DNA from: Tubulanus polymorphus
Lineage: Eukaryota > Animalia > Nemertea
DNA: 64,000 bases
Direction: 5' to 3'
Assembly (NCBI RefSeq): GCF_964204645.1
Contig: NC_134032.1
Span: 2,752,175-2,816,174, forward strand
Shown here piece after piece: positions 54,701 through 63,391 of the stretch. The notes beneath the pieces are model-generated. The model had not been told where the DNA came from. It searched no databases and saw nothing but the letters and a program-made list of their open reading frames with translations. Positions within the stretch are counted from its first letter, which is position 1; each line of letters begins with the position of its first letter. The position numbers and the translations under genes were made by a program.

Positions 54701-56736
54701 AAAACCGAAAGATCATGTTTTTACAGAAAAATTAATACTTACTCAAAATAATAAATACAATTATATTGTTCATTATAGAATGTTAAAATTTTATCTAAAA
54801 CAAGGAATGAAATTAAAGAAAGTACATAGATATATTGAATTTAATCAATCGAAGTGGTTAGAAAAATATATAGATTTCAATACTCAACAGAGAACCATAT
54901 CAAAAACAGATTTTGAAAAAGATTTCTTTAAATTGATGAACAATAGTTTTTATGGAAAAACATGTGAAAATATTAGAAATAGAAATGATATTGAATTAGT
55001 AAATAATTCTGAAAGATTAAGACATTTACAATCAAGTCCTAGACATTTAGGAAATAAAAGATTTGAAGATTATTTAACAGCAGTTAAATTAAAAAGAACA
55101 TCAATGAAATTTAATAAACCTATATTTATTGGTTCGACTGTTTTAGAAGTATCAAAATTATTAATGTATGATTTTTATTATAATGTTTTACAACCACTTT
55201 TTGGGGAAAAGCATATTGAAATATTATATTTTGATTCTGTAACAGCTGACACCCCAATATTATTAAAATGTAATAATAAAATATTGGTAAGAAGAATTTC
55301 AGAAATAATTCAAAAACAAAATGAATGTTATATTTCATATGGTGAAAAAGAATTAATACAAATAAATGGATTAATGGATGTTTGGACAAGAAATGGATGG
55401 AAAAAATTAAAGAATATTATTAGACATAAAACAAATAAGAAAATCTATAGAGTTAGAACTAAATTAGGATTTGTTGATGTTACAGAAGATCATAGTTTAA
55501 TTAAACGAAATGGTGATGAAATAAAACCAACTGATATAAAAATTGGAGATGAATTATTACATAAAAGATTTTCCCCAAGAATGAATCATATGTCATTTGA
55601 TGAAATAATTGATAATATTTATAATATAGAACCCGAAACATTTGAAGAAAAAGAATATTCTATCAAAGGATTTTTCATGGGTGATGGTTCAGCAGGTGTG
55701 TATAATTATGTTAATCGCACTCAATATTGCTGGTATTTATGCAATCAAGACTTAAAATTATTAGAAAGAATTAAGAAATTCTGTGAAGAAGTTTATTCAC
55801 ATAAAACATTCAAAATCATAGATGTTATGAAATCATCGCAATGTTATAGAATACATGTGAATAATCCTAAAGATTTTGCTATAGAATATAATGATGAATT
55901 CTATATTCATGCAATAGTGAAAAGTAATACTTCGACAAAAGAAAAGATAGTTCCAGATTATGTATTGAATGCAAAAAATAATTTAAGAAAATGGTTCTTC
56001 ATTGGGTTCTATGCTGCAGATGGTTCAAAAAGTTTCAAAAACCGAAAAATAATATCTTTAGCTCAAAAAGGAAAAGTTGCTATATCAGGATTAAATATAT
56101 TATGCAATTCATTAGGTTTTAATATGAATATTGGATTGATTAAATCTAAACAAAATTGCTTTAATTTAAGCCATGTAGAAAATGAGTTAACTGAAGAAGT
56201 TAAAGATTTATTTGAAATATATAACCCAACAGATTATGTTTATGATTTATCAACTGAAGATGGTACATTTAACTGTGGATTTCCATTAATAGCGGTCAAT
56301 ACTGACGCCTACATACTAAAAATCAAGACAAACGACATAACAAAAGACTTAAAAACATTAAAACATTATTTTGATTTTAGCAATTATCCTAAAGATCATG
56401 AACTATTTAGCAATGATAATAAAAAGATTCCTGGTAAATTTAAAGATGAATTAGGAGGTGATGAAATGATTGAATTTGTTGGGATAAGAAGTTAAATGTA
56501 TAGTTACAGAACAAAAGATCATGAAGCTAAAAAGTTAAAAGGAATAACTAAACATGTGGTTGATAAACATATAGAATTTCAAGATTATCAATTGTAATGA
56601 AACACAAAATGAATTGTTTAAGATCAGAAGATCATGAGATGTACATTAATGAAGTTGAAAAAACTAGTTTAAATCCATTTGATGATAAAAGGCATATTTT
56701 AGATGATGGTATAAAAACATTACCTTATGGCCATTA
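51717..56736 (+). pseudogene. polB: Protein-primed family B DNA polymerase, copy 2 (intein-containing), disrupted
   Basis: Same domain order and motifs as copy 1 across ORFs 51717-52133, 52100-54751 and 54690-56495. Frameshifts at ~52060 and ~54698, stop at 56493, C-terminal SLNPFDDKRHIL at ~56665-56702. Confidence 0.92.
55236..56300 (+). mobile_element. Intein (355 aa) with LAGLIDADG homing endonuclease, in polymerase motif C
   Basis: YFD|SVTADTPILLK ... DVTEDHSL (block B TxxH) ... KGFFMGDGS and IGFYAADGS (two LAGLIDADG helices) ... YVYDLSTEDGTFNCG (block F) ... IAVN|TDAY. Removing it restores the YFDTD motif seen uninterrupted in copy 1. Confidence 0.93.
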
Positions 56737-58047
56737 AAACATAAAATCAATATCATCATACTCGAAATCACTATTGGCTTCTTCATTTTCATTTAATTGT
56801 TCAGGTTCTTCTTCCATTCCATTTTTCTCATTTAAATAAAGTTCTATCTTGTTCCACATTTCATCTCGCTCTCTTTGTTTCTTTTTGTTTGTTAATTCAT
56901 CAAATGGAATTATAATATCTAGGTTTAAATAATTTACAATCTTAATTAAAAAGAATTCATAATTTATTGAATCTGTTATTCTATTTTCCAAATGATACAT
57001 TAATATTTGTTTGAATATTTTTTTTATATTTTTCATATCTTCTTCTGTTAATTTAGGTTTTTCATAATAATCGTTAAATAATAAATATAAATACATTTTC
57101 TTTTGTTTTGTGTTAAATGTTGATGGAATAATTGTTTTTATAATATCTTTCTTAGTTATTTCACCATTTTTATTTTCTATTATTTTCATTTTTTCAAGCC
57201 ATTGCATATATTCTGGTGTATGATCTTCTATAGAAAATATTTTAAAAATTTCATCAAGATAATTTAATTTTGGATCTATGAGAAAATCTCTAGTTTTTTC
57301 TTCACCCAATAAATTCTTTTGCCATCCACAATCAACACAAAATAACACAGTACCTTCTTGCCTTAAGGTCGCATAAATACATTGTGGACATTTTCGTTTA
57401 TAATTTATTGGTAATAGATCTTCATTAAGCTCTTGGTATTTTCTTACGTTTTCTTTATGTTTTATTGTTCTATTATGTAGATTTGAATTACTTGTTGTAA
57501 TAATCAATTTACAATATTTACAATAATATGTTTTCTTGTTAATTCATTATATTGTTTTTCTAACTTTTCAACTGTTTCTTTATTATCTGGTAACGTTTTC
57601 TCATATTTTATTTTTTCTAATAAACTATTTTTTCTTTCATTGAATTCAGTTTCAAATTTATTAGAAATTTTATCTATATGTACTTTGCGAAATTGATGAT
57701 TCTCCCAATCTTCTATATTTTCACGGTTATATTTTTTTCGACAAGGCTCATAGAAATGATCTTTTATATTATCCTTATCATAGAATAAGAAAGGTCTTTT
57801 CCAAATAACTTCAGGTTCAACTTCAGCAGAATTACTATTACTTTCATTACTATCAACATTAGCCGTTGCGCCATTAATTCTACACTTCTCTGAATGTTTT
57901 TAACATAATTTCTTGAGAATAATTTATTACATTTTGGGCAGTTTATTTTAGGGGGTTTATAATTTTCTTCATGTTTTTTCATATGTCGAGCCATATTACG
58001 TTTCTTAGAAGTTCACCACAAATTTCACATCCTATCTTCTCATCCAT
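56734..58047 (-). pseudogene. Poxvirus/NCLDV VLTF3-like (A2L-type) late transcription factor with N-terminal zinc fingers; 5' half frameshifted
   Basis: Zn ribbon CPQC...FCVDCG and C-terminal SINYEFFLIKIVNYLNL...TNKKKQRERDEMWNKI resemble the VLTF3 pattern Y.YVL.K...LL...LK..K....D.IW.KI. Upstream TAAATG start MDEKIGCEICG...RHMKKH and CPKC in shifted frames. Confidence 0.7.
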
Positions 58048-58115
58048 TTATTAAGGAAAAATTTTATTAAAATTAATTTTTAGTGATGAGCGGTAATTTT
58101 TTTATGTTATAAATA
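58048..58115. promoter_or_regulatory. Compact divergent promoter region (VLTF3-like gene / penton)
   Basis: Minus strand has AATTTTAATAAAATTTTTCCTTAATAAATG; plus strand has TAATTTTTTTATGTTATAAATAATG. Confidence 0.65.
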
Positions 58116-58874
58116 ATGGTAGAATTAAAAGAATACAGAATATTTGTTGATTCTAGAAAACTTACAAATTATAAATCACATAATTTACTAGTACAATTAG
58201 ATAGAGAATTTAAGAATTGTGTTGATTTAAAATTAGTTAATATAAGTTTATGTAATTCTTTTTACAATGTATCGGATAAAAGTTTTGATCATAGAGACTT
58301 TTTAATTCATATTAGAAATATAAATAAATGGTTTCAACTAATTTTAAAACCAGGGTTATATAATTTAGAAACATTAGCCCAAGAAATTAATCGGAGAGCA
58401 CGATTAAAACTTAAAAGTGAAGATAAATTTTCAATTAGATTTATAAAAAGTGATAGTTCTAATAAAATTAAAATAAAGTTAGATGATGAAAACAAACATG
58501 CATTTATTGTAAGGAAACCTTTAGCTAAACTGTTAGGAATTAAACCACAAATTGTTACAGGAAACGTAGACGGTAATTCAAATATAATACCTTTTACACA
58601 TTTTTATATTTATTGCAATTTAATCGAGCCTACAAAAACATTTGAAGCAACTAAAGATACAACATGTAATTCTAGTATATTAAATATTTTACCATTAAAA
58701 AATGTTAAACAATTTGGAACGCAAATAAATTATAATTTAACAGAATGTGATTTCAAACCATGCATTCCTCGTTTTAATAATTTTAGATTAGAAATTAGAA
58801 ATCATAATGGATACTTAATTGATTTAAATAATTTCCCTGTAATTTATGAATTAGTTATAAGATGTAAAGAGTAA
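58116..58874 (+). CDS. Minor capsid protein (penton, single jelly-roll)
   Basis: IFVDSR...LVNISLCNSFYNV...PGLYNLETL...LAKLLG...YIYCNLI...LEIRNHNGYLIDLNN...ELVI matches the Polinton/virophage penton pattern. Intact 252 aa. Confidence 0.8.
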   Translation: MVELKEYRIFVDSRKLTNYKSHNLLVQLDREFKNCVDLKLVNISLCNSFYNVSDKSFDHRDFLIHIRNINKWFQLILKPGLYNLETLAQEINRRARLKLKSEDKFSIRFIKSDSSNKIKIKLDDENKHAFIVRKPLAKLLGIKPQIVTGNVDGNSNIIPFTHFYIYCNLIEPTKTFEATKDTTCNSSILNILPLKNVKQFGTQINYNLTECDFKPCIPRFNNFRLEIRNHNGYLIDLNNFPVIYELVIRCKE

Positions 58875-58890
58875 TTTTTCACCTATATAA

Positions 58891-59253
58891 TTGAATATAA
58901 CTGTTGGACCGAGTATATGTTTTGGGTTTGATTTTAAACGTGAGAAAGAAATGAAATTTAACATAATTGATGTAATAACACATATCAAAAATATTGCATT
59001 TTCTAATGAAATAACATTTGAGTATGAAACAACAATTGATAAAGAAACTTTAAATGTGGAAAAGATTACCGAGTCTTTAAGATTTTATGAATTAGATGAA
59101 GATTTTATCATATATGATATCAAAAACATATTATCCAAAATATATGATAATCATAAAACTAGTAATAAAAAAAATGTTGAATTAATCATAAATAAGTTAA
59201 CTAAATATTTTGAAGATAGTAATTTTTTTGTGGATAATAACTGGATTATATAA
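58891..59253 (+). CDS. Hypothetical viral protein
   Basis: 120-aa ORF whose TTG start sits exactly where the conserved promoter predicts ATG. Confidence 0.55.
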   Translation: MNITVGPSICFGFDFKREKEMKFNIIDVITHIKNIAFSNEITFEYETTIDKETLNVEKITESLRFYELDEDFIIYDIKNILSKIYDNHKTSNKKNVELIINKLTKYFEDSNFFVDNNWII

Positions 59254-59437
59254 TGGCGCATTACTATCAGTTGGAACTGTTGGTTATTCAATGGTATTAA
59301 AAAAAGTATTCAAAATGGGAAGTGTTAATGTTGATAGATTTGATATAAATGATATTTTAAAGTTAACATTAGCAGTTACTTTATCTAATTTAACTATTGA
59401 TTATTTGGAAAAACAAAAATATATTCCTCCCATATAA
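59210..59437 (+). CDS. Small membrane-associated viral protein (5' end uncertain)
   Basis: Two hydrophobic segments (GALLSVGTVGYSMVL; ILKLTLAVTLSNL). A promoter-like T run at 59220 has no matching TAAATG, suggesting a small deletion. Confidence 0.55.
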   Translation: MKIVIFLWIITGLYNGALLSVGTVGYSMVLKKVFKMGSVNVDRFDINDILKLTLAVTLSNLTIDYLEKQKYIPPI

Positions 59438-59464
59438 GAAGTGTGTAATTTTTTTGCTAAATAA

Positions 59465-59887
59465 ATGGCTTCTGCAATTATAACTATTATAGGATCGGCA
59501 ATTGTTAACGCTTTAGCATTTACTGGTGGTGGTTATTTATTTAAACATATTGATAAAAATAGTTCATTAGGAGAACAAAGAAGACATAACTTAGCGTTAG
59601 AGAAATACAATAAAGCTGCAGAAGAATATAGAGAAAAGAGACAAAACTATATGGATTACATCAATAAAGAATTATATGATCAGAAGATTTCACATAGAGA
59701 TTTTCAATCAGTTGATGATGCAATGAGTTTATATAACGCAGTAACAAATAAAGAAAAATTACATCTATACAAACCTAAATTATCAGATTATTATACCCCA
59801 AGTAAAGAACAACAGAAATATGAAATAATATGGATTTTAGGTGGAACAGTTATTGTTATATTTGTTGCTTATAAGTTTACTAATTAG
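59465..59887 (+). CDS. Viral membrane protein (N-terminal hydrophobic helix, coiled coil, C-terminal TM)
   Basis: MASAIITIIGSAIVNALAFTGGGYLF...RRHNLALEKY...IIWILGGTVIVIFVAY; has the promoter motif. Confidence 0.75.
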   Translation: MASAIITIIGSAIVNALAFTGGGYLFKHIDKNSSLGEQRRHNLALEKYNKAAEEYREKRQNYMDYINKELYDQKISHRDFQSVDDAMSLYNAVTNKEKLHLYKPKLSDYYTPSKEQQKYEIIWILGGTVIVIFVAYKFTN

Positions 59888-59906
59888 TAATTTTTTTGTT
59901 AAATAA

Positions 59907-60341
59907 ATGGAAGATAAAGTTGATAGTATTGATATTATTCCTCATGATATAAATAAAACTAAATTAAAAACATATTTAGAAAAACAAATATTAGAATTTG
60001 AAAGTGACTTAAAGATAAAAAAAAAAAAATATTTAAAAAGTAAAATTATATATTATTTGATTATAAGTGGTTCGGTTACAATTAGTTCTGTAATAACATT
60101 TCTAGCAATATTCAGCCCATTAACACCTTTAGCTATATCAATTGGTGTATTAGGATTAAGTTCAAGTGTTTTAACTGGTATAAGTTCAAAATTAAATATA
60201 AAAAGTAATAAAGAAAAAATTAAAACTAATATAAAAGCAATTAATAAATTAAAGAACACACTAGATTATATAATAAGTTTAAATGGTCATATAACAGTTG
60301 AAGAACAAGATAAATTATTAAAAGAATTAGTTAATTATTAA
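59907..60341 (+). CDS. Viral 2-TM protein
   Basis: Two adjacent hydrophobic helices flanked by basic coiled segments; has the promoter motif. Confidence 0.75.
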   Translation: MEDKVDSIDIIPHDINKTKLKTYLEKQILEFESDLKIKKKKYLKSKIIYYLIISGSVTISSVITFLAIFSPLTPLAISIGVLGLSSSVLTGISSKLNIKSNKEKIKTNIKAINKLKNTLDYIISLNGHITVEEQDKLLKELVNY

Positions 60342-60357
60342 TTTTTTAGTTATATAA

Positions 60358-61660
60358 ATGGGGTTTCCAAAAGCTTTCCAATATAATAAATCAATTAAAT
60401 ATAATATTCCGGCAATAGATTTTAAGAAAAATATTACATATAAAAATATAGTTTTAAATTCATTAACTAATTTAGAAATTTATGTTAATGAATCACAGTT
60501 TTTTATTTTTAAAATGGAAAATATATTTAATACATATGAAGTTACTTTTACTCGAGATGAATATCATATATATAAAGTAAAATCTAATATGAAATATTGG
60601 CAGAATCAATTAAATTTTGCTGTTTATTGTGCAACAACAGGATGTGGAATAAGTTGGAATGATAATTTAAATAACTTAGATAAAAATTTAAAGTATTCTG
60701 ATTTAAAATTAATTCACACAATATTTAGATTTCACACATATTTTCAAATCAGAATAATATTAAATGAATTAGAATGTCCTTTACCCGGGTCTAAATATTT
60801 TAAAGAATTGGATAATAATATTAATATATCTAAGTTTTATAAAATATGTAATGAATTTAATATAAATATTAATTCCGATTTCAGAGCGCATGGTAAATTG
60901 CAAGGTGTCGGTGAACAGTATGAAATAAAAAGAATTGATTATATGCATAGAATTGGAGCTTATCATAATTATAAAATTGATAATAATAATGGTTGGGTTA
61001 ATTTCATTTTAGAAAATGGTGAAGGTTTTACAAAATCAGGTATACAAAGAATAAATCAATCTATTAGAATTTATTTGATATGTATTTTAGGTGCGCAAGT
61101 TGAAACAAGATCACCGATAATTGGAAATGATAACACTTCATTCGATGCGCAGAAACAATTTAAAGTTTTATTTGAAGATTCAATTCATAATGATAAAAAT
61201 AGATCGATTCCAGAAAACATTATAAGATATCAAAATTATTTAGATAAATCTCATGTAAGACTTAATTATTGTATAGGCCCTAATCTATTAATTATTTCTA
61301 ATGATTTAGTATTAAAGATGGGAAACATAATTGGTTATAATAATCTAATTAAAACTGCAACAATAAATAATTCATTTGGGTTAAATGATATAAATAAAAA
61401 GATTATTACTGCTCCAAAATTAATGGAAGGTGAAAAAAATAAAAAACACATTCAATCAACTGAAACTAAAACTAAGAATATTAAATTAGATAATGATTCT
61501 AAAATAAAAGATTACAATACATCAGAAAATAATAGAACTGATAAAATTCAACATGATATAATTAAACTAAATGATGATAATAAATCCCATGAAATTTACT
61601 AAATTAGCTATAACTTGTATAGGAATTGTAATCGGAGGAATATTATATTTTAAATTTTAA
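60358..61660 (+). CDS. Hypothetical viral protein with C-terminal TM anchor (1-nt frameshift near 61597)
   Basis: 414-aa ORF with WQNQLNFAVYCATTGCGISW. The shifted frame continues TKLAITCIGIVIGGILYFKF* to 61660, and this stop overlaps the next promoter. Confidence 0.7.
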
Positions 61661-61676
61661 TTTTTTTATTATATAA

Positions 61677-63371
61677 ATGGATGTAGAAGGTGGAGAAGAT
61701 ATTGGAATGGATCCTTTTGGTGATGAACGCGGTATAAGTGATGAACCACAACCTGATTTTAATGAAACTAATATTGATAATGATGATGAATCAGCATATA
61801 ATACTAATTTAGGTGAAGATGATGATTATAATGATGATGATGATGATCCCGAATTACGTGAAAAATTAAATAAATATTTAAAAGCTCCTGAAATTGGTAG
61901 AATTTCAACTAGAAGAGAAAGAAAAGAATTTATGGAACTATTAGAAAAACAAAAAGAAAAATATCCCGATGAACCTATGGAATTATATAAAATGAAATCT
62001 AGAGTAACAGATACAATTGTTAACGAATTATTACCAATAGTTGTATTACATGAAATTGATACAGAAGATGTTGTAGAACAAATTTTTAAAGATGACCCAT
62101 ATTTCACAGATAATTTAGAATTTAAAAATGATTCATGGTATTATAATGTTAATTTAAATAACAAAATTGTATCAATTCAATTATCTAGAAAGGATCAAGA
62201 AAATATTTATGAACCTGAAATGCTAGCAAGATCTACAATTGAACGTTCAAAAGGTGGCGCAGAATTTCTAAGAATTATATGGAATGCACTCGATAGAATA
62301 AATGAAGAAGAACCAATTCCTAAAATTGATATAAACAAATATTCACCATTTAAAAATCCATTTAAAAATCCAAATCCTACTGATTTTAATCCAGAAATGG
62401 AAGAGAATAGAAATCGATTAGATAGATTAATATCTTCAACACCCGAAACATCGAGAAGAGACACTCAACCAATTGATAATTATTCAAGTCAATTACAATT
62501 AGAAAAACAAATTGATAGATTAAGAGATTCAGAAGAACTGATGAATAGTGCTGGAATAAATCGACTGCAATATTTACTAGAAAAAGGATTTCTTAATTTA
62601 ACTGATGAAGAATTAGAAGCATTTCCTGAACAAATACGTAGAGAAATTAAAGGTATACAAGTATCAGCTGATGAAATTGCTAATATTAAGATGAGATTTT
62701 CTAAAATAACCATGTTAGAAAAAGAATTAACTAATGCAGATGAAGAATTAAAACAATTAGAATTAAATAGAGATCATCAAGTAGTTTATGAAGCTGATTA
62801 TGAAAGCAGAAAGTTAGCTTTTGTAAAAGAAATAGATGATTTAGAATATAACATAAAATTACAAAAAGAAGAAAGAGATATATTATTAAAATCATATGAT
62901 CTTAATCATATTAAAAAATTAAAAGTTATTTTTAAAGATTTGTTGATAAAACCAAATTCTGAAATATAATTAAAAGACAGAATAAAGTTATTATTTAAAT
63001 TAGAAGGAATAACAGTTCTTTCAATTCTAACAGCTGTAACTATGGTATTTACAACAATTGGTTTAGCAATATCAAATGCTTTGAAATCTACTCCTACTCC
63101 CACTCCCAATAAACCAGATAAACCTCCAGGTAATAATTCTATACATGATAAAGTTAAGGATGGTTTAAAGAAATTAGCAAAATATTTATGGGAACTATCA
63201 AAGAAATCTGCTGCAGCTTTACCAGGAATTATTGCTTCAATTGTTGGTTTTATATTGAAATCTGCAGGAAACATTATTAACTTTGCTGCTGAACATATTA
63301 TTTTATTTTTAATTACAGTTGTAAGTGCTATTATTTTTGGGTTAGTAAACATGATATCAAAAAATAAATAA
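61677..63371 (+). pseudogene. Acidic/coiled-coil viral membrane protein with C-terminal hydrophobic and amphipathic helices; one premature stop
   Basis: ORFs 61677-62969 and 63042-63371 are in the same frame, separated only by TAA at 62967-62969. Confidence 0.7.
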
Positions 63372-63391
63372 TTAATTTTTTTGTTAAATAA

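Noticed and set aside
58094-63382. Poxvirus early terminator TTTTTNT in every intergenic cassette
   Set aside because: Present in some (e.g. 59449, 59891, 61661) but absent at 58875 and 60342, and expected by chance within T-runs.
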